Assembly: GCA_013265495.1 (NCBI GenBank)
Contig: MU058584.1
Span: 3,662,508-3,726,507, forward strand
Length of the DNA stretch: 64,000 nucleotides
Origin: Vicugna vicugna
Lineage: Eukaryota
Direction of reading: 5' to 3'
Below are positions 12,621 through 25,040 of this stretch, one piece after another (within the stretch, counting starts at the first letter, position 1; every line of letters begins with the position of its first letter). A program made the position numbers and the translations under genes. Under the pieces are notes generated by a model, which had not been told where the DNA came from, ran no database searches, and was given only the letters and a program-made list of their open reading frames with translations.

Positions 12621-14314
12621 CCTTTTATGTGGATGAGTATCTTTTCCCTGCAGGTGAACAAGCAAATGTAGTATTGATTTTATTCTCTTTCGTTGCCTTA
12701 TTTTTTTGCCGATCACTAATCATCTAACATGCCACTTCATTAACTTGGTTATTTTCTGCCTTCTCCAACTAAAACGTGTAAGTTCCTTGAGGACAGAATT
12801 TGTGTTTTATTTATTCACTGCTGTTTCTCCTAGAGCAGTGCCTGGCACATAGTGGCCTCTCAGTAAATACTCACTGAGTAAATGAAGTAATTATGAAAAA
12901 TTGGGAAAATACACAGAAGGGTAAAAGGAAAAGAAAGAAAAAATGTTACAAACCACCCCCGGACAAACTCTTAACTGAGAGAGATTCCTCCTCCTCATAA
13001 TTTATAATCATACTCTATCTAAAGTTGTGCATCTTGGTAGGATATTTTGTTTTTTCCCAATATAATAATATAAATACTTTCCCCTGGTATTACATTATCT
13101 TTGTAATAATAATTTTAACGGCAGCATATTAAATACCCCACAGGAAAAAGGCACGCAATAACTTGTTTCCCAATTGTTAGACTGATTATTTCCATTTTTC
13201 TATTAAAAGCAATATTGTAATAAACTTTATGCATAAAGCTTTTCCTTATTGAGGATTATTACTTTAGAACAGAAAAGCTTTACTCATAAAGTTCCTGTTT
13301 TAAATGATAGAAATGTTTATGAGTCTCGGTGCATATTGTCCCATTGCCTCCCCCACATTTAAAATTATCCTAAATGGCTTTCAAATCTTGTGTCATTTCT
13401 TCACAGAGATCCCTTCAAGTGTCTTCGTTCATTCACCAAATATACTGTGAGCTCCTATTATGTGCCTGCCACTCTTTTGGGTGCTGGGGATACAAGGATG
13501 AACAAGACAGGTAATGTCTTCCTATCTGTGTCATAAAACCCAAAGAAATGTTGACTTTTTTAAAAAAGTAGTTATCCACTTATTCTTTCCATGGCTCCCC
13601 ACTGACTCCTGAACAAATTCCAGCCTCGCTAGCCTGGCATTCACATTTTCTTATGACCTGGCCTCAGCCCAGCTGTCTGCATCAGCCCCTTAGAATGCAC
13701 TCTACATTCTAGTTACTTGACTTTCTATAACAAACCACATGATTCAGCATATATATATATCCCCTCTGCTAGTTTTGAGACCTGTGGGTGGCTCCCTACA
13801 TTTTTTGCAGTCAGGTTCAAGTATAAAAGGGCCCATTCAACAGGAAGAGGAAGGGGCACAGAGGTTTGGGTATATCTTCCAGAAACAGTCCCCACTTCCC
13901 ATTTCTATCACTACCTATCCACTAAGGAAATGACTGATCTCTTGGAGTCCATGCTTGAAAACGTGCATACCTCTACACGTCTTGCTCAATTGACTAATTC
14001 TTTCTCTCTCATCACTTTGTATACCTATTAGCACTAATTTCAGTGTAATTAATTATTCAATGTTCATTTAAACTGTAGGGTTAGACAATAGAACAAAGAC
14101 AAACAGACATCTGACCAGTGTACCTCATAGAAATGAATACTAAAACCATTTGTAATTTGGTAGTTTAAAGAAACTAATTTTAAATCTTCTTTTGGTTATA
14201 GCAATACTTGTAAAATACATACCTCTTATAGACAACTATGAAATAACTTCAGAGAATGTGTGTGAAAGTCGTTTATAAAATGTGAAGAATTCTACAAATG
14301 TTAGTTTAATCTAG

Positions 14315-14451
14315 TTTTTTTTAAATTGAAATATAGTTGATTTACAATGTTGTGTTAGTTTCTGGTGTACAGCACAGTGATTCAATTGTACATATATATT
14401 CTTTTTCATATTATTTTTCATTATAGATTGCTGCAAGTTATTGAATATAGC
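14315..14451 (-). mobile_element. Short 5'-truncated L1 3' end with TSD
   Basis: T-tract then ttgaaatatagttgatttacaatgttgtgttagtttctggtgtacagc; flanking direct repeat ttaatctagttttt at 14306 and 14452. Confidence 0.85.
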
Positions 14452-15714
14452 TTAATCTAGTTTTTTTAAATATGGCTTTTTATTATTCTATAGCAATTTT
14501 CTCTTTCCCAATTGCAGGCTAGTTTGAGCGTAACTAGTAAAGTCAACTCAATAGGATATTGGGAACAGACAGTATGAAATAAGAATTTCTGTTATTTACA
14601 TTCTCATGTCTTTTTGCCATTTCATTAAGTTGAACTGTTGAAGGGTGATAGTAGTATTTATATATTGCCTGTTTTTATACAACTTCTTACAATATATAAT
14701 TATAAAAATTATAAATATAATTGTGTACAAATACAATACAAAGAACCCTCCCCACAAAAGTCTGTTTTCATAGCTATTTTACTTACGTAACCATGAAAGC
14801 TTGCCCTCTACTTGCTTAATTCTTCCCCAGTTCTGTATTTTATAAAGCACTGGTTTGTTGTTTTGGCAGTAGGATTTGATGTTGATGGAATTGTGAGATG
14901 TCTCAGCCCTGGGGAGGGTGATGGTGATGGTGATGATAATTTCTCCCAGATATGATATTTAGTTTCTTTAGACCTATTTATAAATCACTGACTTCTTTAC
15001 ACTGGCTAGTGCCTAACACAGCAGAAGTATTTGATTGACTTTCTTCCTCTGCTCATTGGCATTGATTCATTAACTTTTTCTCAAAGCACTGTCTGCAAAT
15101 GTGTGAACTGTTTCCATCTCAGATGTCAGCAGCTCTGCTTTACTGGAAGAACTCTTACAGTTCAGCTTTAAAATATTATTGATAATATTTTTAGTTGCCC
15201 TATTGAAATTACCCTTACAATCTTCATGGTAATTGGTAATACTTATTATGCAGTATACTATGATATATATGGTACATGCATATGGTACCTACATGTACAG
15301 TTATACTGTAGAAGACACTCAACATATCTATCTGGTAGAATTAAATATTTCAGAAAATTCTGTATCATATTCTTCCTCATCTGTGTCTATATTGATCTAC
15401 AGATTTTATTATGGTTAAAGGTTATAGGCTAGAAGGTACTAGGTCCTAGTAAAATTTATGGTTGAAAACACTTGGAGAAGCATGTCACATTGACACCACA
15501 TATATTTATTTTACGTCTGCCAGAAGAAGGTAAGGAGGTTCTTAATCTTTTTTTGGTGCCACAGACCTCACTGACAGTCTGGTGAAGGCTTTTTTAGCTC
15601 TTCTCAGAATGTTTCTAAATGCATGAACTTCATAGGATTACATTTAAAATCAATTTTATTGAACCACAGTTCTATCCATGCACCTCAGCTTAAAACCTTC
15701 TGAAGCTTTATAGG

Positions 15715-16131
15715 TGCTTAGGGCACTCAGGCTGCTATAACAAAATATCCCAGACTGGGTGGTTTAAACAACAGAAATTTATTTTCTCACAGTTCTGGAG
15801 GCTGAAAGTCCATGATTAAGGTGCCAGCAAGTTTGAGATTCTGATGAGGGTTCTCACCTGGCTTGTATGCGGCCACCATCTCTCTGTGTTCTCACATAGC
15901 CTCTCCTCGGTGTGCGGGGAGAGAGGGACTGAGAATGAGAGAAAGATAGCACTCTGGTGTCTCTGCTTCTAAGGACACCAGTCTGTTGGATCAGGGCTTC
16001 ACCCTTATGACCTGATTTAATCTTAATTACTTTCTTAGAGACCCCGTCTCCAAATAGAGCCACACTGACGGTTAGGGCTTCAACATACGAATTTTGCAAG
16101 AGTGGGGGATGCAAATATTCAGTCCATAACA
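15715..16131 (-). mobile_element. MaLR solo LTR (MLT1A-like)
   Basis: ggctgctataacaaaata...aacaacagaaatttattttctcacagttctggaggct...attcagtccataaca. Confidence 0.85.
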
Positions 16132-17759
16132 GTACTACAGGGAGTTAGCTATAGATTCTCTTTCTCTTTCTTGGAAGCTCTTGGAGGTAAGTTTAGGACT
16201 CTGAGAAATGGAAGGCATCTAGGGATTCTCGTGAATAAAAGACACCCAAGGAACCTCCAAGAATATTGAAAAGTGAGCATTGTTTTTGCAATGCATTTTG
16301 GTACTATCGTGGTTGTAATTAACTTGATTAAAGCATTTTTCCTGGAGTTCATCTCACAATAGAGGAACACACATTTAAGGAATAGAAAGATGAGGTATGA
16401 TCTGTAACATAGATGGAAGATAATTAGAAGCCAGCCAACCATACAATACTTTGTACATCGTAAAATGTAAATAACTCTAAAAATATTAGCTTAGTCATTT
16501 TAATCTCTTCTTAAAATTACCCTATAGCAATTTTTCTTCCTCCAGTTGGAGGAGTATGAGTAAAAGAAAAAATATTGTTGCAACTAAAAGAAGATTTAGA
16601 ATTAGGACAATCAGCTGAGAATAGAGGTAGAGTTTACCTTCAGCTCAGAGGGCAGAATATGCAGGAGAGCTGGACCACTAATTGGCTTCTGAGGACACAA
16701 AGAGGCAGCCAACAACTGGCACAGCCTCACAGATCTCCCAGGATATTTCTGTGCCTCGAGGGGAATCTGAGAAGCAGCTTTTCATTCTGTTGCCTCTTCT
16801 CACTCTGGGAGCCTGACAGCCAAGACCCCCTTGGTCCTATGATAGTAGTAAGAACGCTACAGAGAGTCTGTAATGAGATAGAGCTCCTATTAAGAATGAA
16901 GTCAGTCTTGGGCATAATAGCAGAGGTATTTATGGGACCATTCTTTAAACTTTTCAAAACATGAGTTCTGAAATTGCATACGTTGAAAAGGAACTCCTTC
17001 AAGCCTCTGTAAGCAGCTAGCCGAACTGAAGTTTGGAAAACTTCGCTGAAAGCTTTGGCCTCAACTCAGAATGTGGATAAGAACTTTTCCAAGGTGCTAA
17101 AACATATTTTTGGGTAGTGATGGAGGTCAGACATTACAGAGATCTTTGGCACTGGGGGCAAGAAGTGATTCCAAACTGAAGCACTGTCTCTGGGGTTACT
17201 CATGACATAGGGAGACTATGCCAGATAGAGATTAGGCTTCACACGTCACCCTCTGGAAGGAGGGAAAGCCACAGTGCTGATCCAGAAAGATGTCTTGCTG
17301 TGTGCTGTTGCCCTGAGAAGCCTGACCCCAGGGATAGAACTTGATAAGTGAATTTTAAAAGATTTGGCCAGGGTTCGTTGAAATCCGGCAGGTGATTTAC
17401 TGACTGCAGTTGTACCAAAGAGAGCATCCCACCCATCCACTTGCTGGACGCTTAAGCTATGCCTGTCTTGCTGGGGTCAGGATGGGCTCGTGTTGGTGGA
17501 TCAGTAACGCCTTGATTAAAAGTACCGTCCTTCCTTGCAAATCTGTGAGCACTAGATACATTGTTACTATTTGCCTGACACTAAAAGAATGGCTCCCACC
17601 TCTGGCCTACTTTATTCCAGAGAAAACTCAGGAAGATCACGTGATGAAGGAAAGGCCAAATTGTGGGTCCTCTAATTTTGCGTCCCAGATTTTCCACCAC
17701 TTCTTGTTAAAGAGGTAGTTTAGGTTCTTGGATTTGCAGATTCAGTTTGGGTGCCTGTC

Positions 17760-18560
17760 TCCTTCGGGCAGCCGGAGCTGTCTTCCGCCTGGGAAGCCTA
17801 TGTTCAGCGCCACCAGTGTACAGGGTCAAGGCGGCTCTAGAACAGCCCCAAATGATTTATGCGCCTGGAAAGCAGATCCGCCATCCCGGAGCGGGTCGCG
17901 GTCCTGCCTCTCCCCAGGAGGCCTAGCAGTGGTGGCGCGCGGGCCCGTGAACGGAAAGCGACATCGAGCGGGTTTGGGGAGCCGAGACCGATGTACTGCC
18001 TCTCGCGCGGGCCAGCACGCCTGCTGGCATCGGTCCTGGCACCCTTGGCCTAAGCTGAATCGCGCGGGCGGCGACCAGGTGCGTCCTGGGCGCCCTCAAG
18101 TTCAACGACGCACCCGCGTGCCCGCGCGAGCGCCGCGGCCGTCCCCCGTATGACGAAAGGACCTTCTGTGCTGTCACCCAAGTCCCGAGGACGGCTCGAG
18201 AGAGCCCAGGGTCCCGGCGCCCCGCGCACGCCCTTTGGATTTCAAATCCCGCCTCCGGCAGGAAACAGGTGTAAGTGGGGTCGGTAGGCAGCTTTGGGCG
18301 GAGGGATCTTTCTGCGGAGCAGGGCAGTGCTGGCACAGCACCGGCACAGCACCACGGCAGCAGTCTCTTGAGAACCAAGGCAAGATTCAGAGCTGGTCCC
18401 TGCCAGCAGCCAGCAGTCCGCCTTCCCTAGAGAAACGGGAACGGCTCCTGGCGCGCTGCACCTCCACACCCGCCTGATGTCTGCGCTACCGCCACCAGGG
18501 GGTGATGCGCCTTCATCCTTCCTCCAGGATGCAGTGGCTGACTGCGAAGACAGTCTGAGA
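17760..18560. promoter_or_regulatory. Orphan CpG island, intergenic
   Basis: Dense CpGs (e.g. cgcgcgggcggcg, cccgcgcgagcgccgcggccg) about 5.5 kb from the TADA1 promoter, with no recognisable exon. Confidence 0.75.
18489..18507 (+). promoter_or_regulatory. CTCF-like motif
   Basis: ccGCCACCAGGGGGTGatg versus consensus CCACCAGGGGGCGC. Confidence 0.55.
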
Positions 18561-19405
18561 CATCGCAGCCCCAAGTTTCAGCTCTGGGTGCTACGATGGG
18601 CCACTGGCCGGGCTCAGGTGGCCACTTAACCCCGTGTGCATTCCTCCTACAGATTAGAAGGAGGCCCTGGGAAGTCCTGGACTCACACACCTCGGCCGTC
18701 CAAAGGTGAGAATTCTCAGACCTTCCAAGAATGTTGGAGAGCAATGCCTGCTTGTGTGTTCATGCTTGACTGGTGGACAGTGACTGTGGCATTAGGCTAT
18801 CATAAGGTTCCTGGCAGGGAGAGGCTCAAAATCATTGCCAGATTCCGGACAAGGTTGTCACCTACAGAAAGGAATTGACGAATTGCCACATTTGGGGACA
18901 ATCTGAGAGCTGAGGACCAAAGGCACCTTACAGCATGGTGAAGCCAGGGGTATATGGGGCCACAGAGGTTGCCCAATCTGGAGAGCTTGGGCCCAGAAGA
19001 ATAGAGCGGAAAGTCCATTGTGAGATCAACTTCTCATCCGGCCCTAGTGAGTAATGATGGCTGTCCTTGACCGACTGCCTACCAGGAGCCAGCTGGAGCT
19101 ACTGCGTTACCTCCTTTAGTCCAAGCCATAACCCAGTGAGGTTTGAGCTGCTGCTGTCCCCATGCCATGGATGAGGAAACTGAAGCTCAGGAAAGTTGGG
19201 TTGCCCTAAGATACACAGTAAGTGGCAGAGTTAAGACTGAAATCCAGGTCTGACTGACACCAAGCCCGTGTGCTTATCCCCTTTGCCATAATAATCAAAG
19301 TCAGCTCCACTGAGCATTTCATAACGGCCAAGCAGTGTGTGGAATGTTTTTGTAAAGCTTTATTTAATCCTCACAGCAACCCTGTTATCATCACAGTACC
19401 TTGTA

Positions 19406-19820
19406 CAGTTATCCCCTGCTTTTTACAAGTTCTCTTCACACTCCTTGGCTTTTATTAAAGACTTGCATGAGTCCATGTTTTCATTAATGGAAAGAAATTG
19501 GAAGAGGAATTGTCTCCTTTACGCAAAAAGCAACAATCACGTTCTGAATGTTTTGCAGGAGCCCTTATAGGGGCACTGCGCTCCCCAGGCAGTGAGAGTG
19601 GCACCACCAAACTCCATCCCTGGGAACTACGCTCAGCATCAGCATCATCTCAGCATCAAGTCGCTGAACTTTGAACTGTGTCTGTGAGCATCTGTGCTTT
19701 ATCTCGATTTGTTTTGCACGTGTGTTAGCAAGATGCATCCTAGGGTGATTGCTTTTTCCCTTTACACCATTTCAGCTTACAAAAGGTTTCCTTCTACTTT
19801 CAGATAATGGAGGAAACCTG
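19406..19820. mobile_element. Non-autonomous Tigger-family DNA transposon (Tigger6/MER97-like)
   Basis: TA on both sides; degenerate TIRs CAGTTATCCCCTGC and reverse complement CAGGTTTCCTCCA; interior resembles recalled Tigger6/MER97 consensus; inserted in MIR-like sequence. Confidence 0.7.
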
Positions 19821-20335
19821 TATTTGTATATAGTACCTTCTTATAACCATGGTACTCCGTTTAATCCTCACCACAATCCTGCGGGGTAGGTACTATTATT
19901 ATCACTCTCATTTTGCAGGGAGGTAAACTGAGTCATTGGGGCTAAGAAACTTGCCCTCAGTTGCACAGCTAAGAACTGGTAAAGTTGGATTTGAACCCAG
20001 GCAGTCGCACTCATCACCATCAGAGCTCATCCCAGCTTCCCTGTTTCATTGCTCACTCTGTTGTGGATGCTTCAGCCCGCCTCTTCTCAAGGATTTCATC
20101 TGAGACAAGCCGAGAAAGTGTGAAAACTCCTTGGTGCCCTGTTACCAGCGTGGCTAATTCTGTCCTTTCAGCCGTCTGCGTTGTGTATTATACTACAGCG
20201 CCATGCAACCCTGTCGCTGCGGGGGTGGAGCTCATGCAGGCCCGACGTCCACATTATGAGACACCCTCTACAGAACATACTGGCCTCTTATCTGGTGCGT
20301 ATCAGCTAGGTTAAGAGATTCATACAGAATGATCT

Positions 20336-20385
20336 TTTTCTTTCTCTTCTCTCCCCTTCCCTCCCCTCCCTTCTCTCTCTCTCTG

Positions 20386-20416
<31 letters not shown>
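20336..20416. repeat. Polypyrimidine (CT)n-like tract
   Basis: tttttctttctcttctctcccc...ctctctctctgtctctctctctctg. Confidence 0.85.
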
Positions 20417-21426
20417 TAGCACAGATGTCTGATGCCCGGGCTTGTTGCCTCCCCCATTTATCAAGTGTATTAAAGAGTCCAAACCTAGAAAATAATATCT
20501 GAACAGTTGACCCAAGTTCAAGAAGATGAGGCAGGTCCCACTGAGGCTTCTTCCACATGGAAATAAGACTCCTGCCATTTTTTTACATTGTTTGAAATGG
20601 ATTTTGTGGAGTTGTATCTGTATGTTAGAGCCCGATCCAGTTGTCTTTACTCTCACAGTTTTCCAGTAGGTTGCTTAAGGCTTAGGACTTAAAAAAAAAA
20701 AAAGGCAAATAAGAAATAGCAGAAGTGTGCTTTTTGCTACTTCTCCATCAATATGATCTGCTGGGAACCTATGAATTTACATTTATGTACTAAGAGGTTT
20801 AGGGCCTGGGTAAGTCAGATTCATGAAATTTGGCTGCTTCCATAGCAGTGACTTTAACCTGGGGAATGCCTGTCTAAAACCAAGTGGGCAGCAGCTGGAG
20901 GTCACGTTTTCACTAGGTCTGCTGCACTGCTGTGCAGCCCACACCCCACAGTGCCTGCTGTGCTGCTGGGAGGCTGGGATGACAGGTGTTTGTAGAATGC
21001 CAGTAGCAGGTGCCTCAGCCTTTTCTGCTGTGTGCCTGTGGAAGCAGGACACTCGTGTGTTCTGATGCCCAGCAGAGCCAGTGTCTGATCAGATAATAAT
21101 GTTAATAAGCATTTACCAGGCACTTAATATGTCCACACAAATTATTCTAATGCCTAGTTTATTCCAGTGGTTTCCATGCCATGTCTAGTCTATTTCAGTG
21201 GTTTCCAGTGTTATCCTAGGGCTACCTAGGAATCAGCCAGACCAGGACAATGGAATCAATTCTATCTGGTTGCTGTGGGGATCCCAGGGGAGCCTAGAGA
21301 AGACGTGAGGAGTGTCTACTCTCCATTTCTGGAAACTGATATGGCCAAAGACTACTGAACTTTGAGCGCTCTAACAGAGAATCATTTCTATTTAATTTGC
21401 CCCATTGTAACTTTGACAAGATAAGT

Positions 21427-21590
21427 TTCTCAACTTCAGTGTTAGAGTCACCTGGGGAAATTTAAAATAACTCCACATCCAGGCCACACTCCAGACTGAT
21501 TAAATCAGAATGTCTGGGGAATGGAGCCCAGGGGATCAGTTTTCAAAGCCCGCAGGTGATTACAATGTACAAAAGTAGTTAAAATCACCT
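21427..21590. mobile_element. MER5-like hAT-Charlie element
   Basis: ttagagtcacctgggga...taaatcagaatgtctgggg...caggtgattacaatgt. Confidence 0.7.
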
Positions 21591-21597
21591 ATATCTG

Positions 21598-22681
21598 AGT
21601 GATACACAAAAATGTAAACTATGATGTCAAAACATAAAATGTGAGGGAGGAGCAGATATGGAGCTTTTAGAACGTGCTTGGACTTAAACAACCATCAACT
21701 TAAAATAAACTACTAAATACATAGGTTGTTATATATGAGTCTCAACCACAAACCAAAACCGTATAATAGACACACAAGAAATAGAAAGGAATACAAACAT
21801 AACACTAAAGAAAATCATCAAATCACAAGGGACGAGAGAAAGAGGAGGAAGAGAGAACAGCAAAACCAATCAGAAAACAACAAAATGGCAGTACGTACGT
21901 ATCCGTCAATAACTATTTCAAATGTAAATGGACTAAATGTTTCAAAGGACATAGGGTAGCTGAATGAATGAAAAACAAGACGTATGTGCTGTACACAGGA
22001 GACTCATTTCAGCTCTAAACATGTATACAGTCTAAAATCAATGGGATGGAAAAAGATACTTCATGCAAATGGAAACAAAAAGAAAGCTGGGGTAGCATTA
22101 CTTATATCACATATATGCACCCCTATATTGATTGCAGCACTAGTTACGATAGCCAAGATATGGAAGTAACCTAGTGTCCATTGATAGATGAATAAAAATG
22201 TGGTATATTTATACAATGGATGTAACTCAAGCCATAAAAAATCTTGCCATTTGTGACAACGTGGATGGACCTAGAGGGTATTATGCTAAGTAAAAGAAGT
22301 CAGACAAGAGAAAGACAAACACTGTATGATTTCATTTATCCGTGGAATCTAAAAAACAAAACCAAAACGAAGCAGAAACAGACTCATAGATACAGAGAAC
22401 AAACTGGTGGCTGCCGGAGGGGAGAGGGGAGAGGGGCTGGCTGAAACAGGGGATGGGTATTAAGAGGTGCAAACCTCTAGTTATAAAATAAGTCATGGAA
22501 TGTAATGTACAACATAGGGAATATAGTCAATAATATTATAATTTGTATGGTGACAGATGGTTACTAGACCTATCATGGTGATCAATTTGTGAAGTATGTA
22601 AATGTCAAGTCACTATGTTGTACACCTAAAACTAATATTGTCCGTCAACTGTACTTCAATTTTAAGAAATTAAAAAAAAAT
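21598..22681 (+). mobile_element. L1 with inter-ORF region, ORF2 N-terminus fused to ORF2 C-terminus, 3'UTR and A-tail
   Basis: Frames SITISNVNGLN, CCTQETHF, GWKKILHANGNKKKAGVALLIS (endonuclease) then ICTPILIAALVTIAKIWK and PFVTTWMDLEGIMLS (C-terminus). Confidence 0.85.
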
Positions 22682-24029
22682 TCAAGTTCAAAGTGCCAGC
22701 CTGGTTTGAGCTGTGCTATGGGGGTCAGGGAAGTGATTAAGGGTGGACTGGTAAAAGAGGAGCAATTACCTCTTCTAGGCTGACATGGTGGCTGGACACT
22801 TCAGGAAGGGGTCAGCTGTGGCATGAGCAGTGACCACAGGCAGAGCAAGGAACAGCGTCCAGAGCCAGGTAGTGGCAGAAATACAGTGGTGTCACAGATT
22901 GACTTGGGACCTACGTCAACCCCTCTGACTCCAAGACTGCCCAAAGTCCCAGTGCCCCGGGGACTGAGGCTAGAGTTTCTGTGTGAAGGGACGGAGAGGA
23001 CAGGCAAAAGGCATTACTGTTTGGACTTTATGGTAAATTTGACCTTGCCTGTACTGATGAGCAGGTCAAGCCTATCACATATTGGCTGTCATCAAATAGC
23101 TCAACAGTATAGCTCAAGCCCTGGTCAAATTTCCCTTTAAAACCAAGCCTAACTCCCAACTGTATATAAGTTTCTCTTTGTCTTTAAGTGTTAGGCAGAA
23201 GTCTGTGTTGCTGCAGAGAAAAAAAGTGTGTGAGCAGTCTCTCCCAACAGCCACACAGCCTGGCAGTCAGAGGCCCAGGCCGCCCGGGCACTTCACACGT
23301 AACGCACGTCATGCTGGAGAGCAGCCTCGTTAGATAAAAGGCTCTTCCCTGGCTGCTGCGTTCATAAGTAGCAATGGCCACATAAAGCTTGTGCTTGTCT
23401 TAATCTATGTTGGCTTTGAACTATTTTGTCTCTCTCTCCCCGAAACAGAACACTGGGAAAAAGGGTGGCAGTAACCTCAGCTGAACAAGAAACACTGTCA
23501 TTTTGAAACATCTGTAACATCCCTGTTTACCTTTTTCAAAATCCTCACCAACAGTCACAGTATCCCCTCTAGTCATAATTTCAAGCGTTGTGTCTCCATA
23601 GTGATGATTCAGGCTCCTGTTTCCATGGTGATCGTTCTATGAGCTAAAACACTTCCATCAATTCTTCCCCTCTCTCCCATTACCAGTGTCAAACCTTCAG
23701 TCTAGGCCCTTATTATGTCTTCAGGACCTAGCACTGGGCCTGACAAATAATAGGTGATCAATGTATTGAATGAACGTGCCTGACCAAGACTATTAAGATA
23801 GCTCTTACCTGGTCTTTCTGTCTCCAGGCCTTATCCTGTGGGTAATTAAGCTTTATCTTCTTACTTTTCTTCACTAGAAGCTTCAAATTACTGAATCAAA
23901 CATGTGCTCATTTTAGAAAAGTCAAAACAATATAGATGTCTACAAAGTGAAAAGTAAACATTCCTCTCTTCGCTAAAATAAATTCCAGCTGCATCAATAA
24001 TTTAAAAAATTAATGTTCCAGAGGAATTT

Positions 24030-25040
24030 ATAACCTGTGATAAGCAAGGCCATTTTAAGTAATAACAAAATCCTAAAGCCATTAAGAAACAAAATTAATA
24101 TATTTGAACATACAACATTTCAAAAAGCTGCATGGGGGAAAAATGCCATTAACCAAGTCAAAAGACTAATGACAAATTGGAAAAATGTATTTGCAAAGCA
24201 AAGGATAAAAAGTTAAACTTCCTCAGTTATCAGAGAGTTTATGTCGGGATGAAAAATGATGACGAACCCAGGAGGAAAATGGTCAAAAGAAACTAGTGTT
24301 AACAGAAAAAGGTGCACAATTGTCCAGAAAACAAATGACACAATTGTACAGCCTCACTCTTAATTAAATAAATGCAAATAACCAAAACTACAATGACAAA
24401 GAGATAAGATTTTTTTTTACTGATCTGATTGGCAGATAGAGATGTTTGATGACATCTAGTACCGCCAGCCTGAGGGGAAAATGAGCAATCTCATAAATCA
24501 CTGGTGGAAATGGACATTGGTGCATTCTTTCTGGAGGATGATTTGACAATATCTGTCAGAATTTAAAATATCCATCTCCTTTCACTAGTAATCCCTCTAC
24601 CAGGAATTCATCCAATACATATAGTTGCAAATGTTTAGCAACATGTATGCACAAGGAGATTTATTGCTGCCTTGTTTTGCAGTAGCAAAAGGCTGGAAAC
24701 ATCCATCCTTCAAAAGAAGGGGACAAGTTAACCAACTTACTGTAAATCCATGTGGTGGAATAAGGATGACTCTGTGAGAAGAATAAGGTAGTTCTGTGTC
24801 CTCAAAAGCAAAAGAACAAGTAGCAGTACTGTGTAACATTTTTACAAGAACCAATAAATAGATGCATATATTGTGTGAATATATGCATTAAAACGCTTTT
24901 TTCTGGAATGAATTACAGGAAACTGTTATCAGTGAGATGGGAGATGCCGTGAAGAAAAGGAAAGCAGCTCTGACTCGTTTGTATCTTTTACTTATTAAAT
25001 TTTTCATCTTATACATGTTTCATATATGACATTTAAAAAA
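24030..25040 (+). mobile_element. Old degraded L1 (L1M-type) ORF2 end and 3'UTR
   Basis: Degenerate L1 motifs (aagtcaaaagactaatgacaaattggaaaaa, aatgcaaataac, ggagatttattgctgccttgtttt). Confidence 0.6.

Noticed and set aside
11613..12727. Several overlapping 60-245 aa ORFs over the TADA1 promoter
   Set aside because: Expected stop-codon scarcity in a CpG island; P/R/G/A-rich with no domain; the real exon is the 74-nt minus-strand one
18700..18940. Faint resemblance of VALGYH...IIARFRTRLSPTERN to lipoxygenase C-termini or hAT dimerisation domains
   Set aside because: Only a few residues match; spacing and the upstream catalytic motifs do not fit, so no family is assigned
21150..21212. Imperfect ~30-bp direct repeat (ctagt.tatt.cagtggtttcca)
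   Set aside because: Two diverged copies only; ordinary local duplication with no further structure
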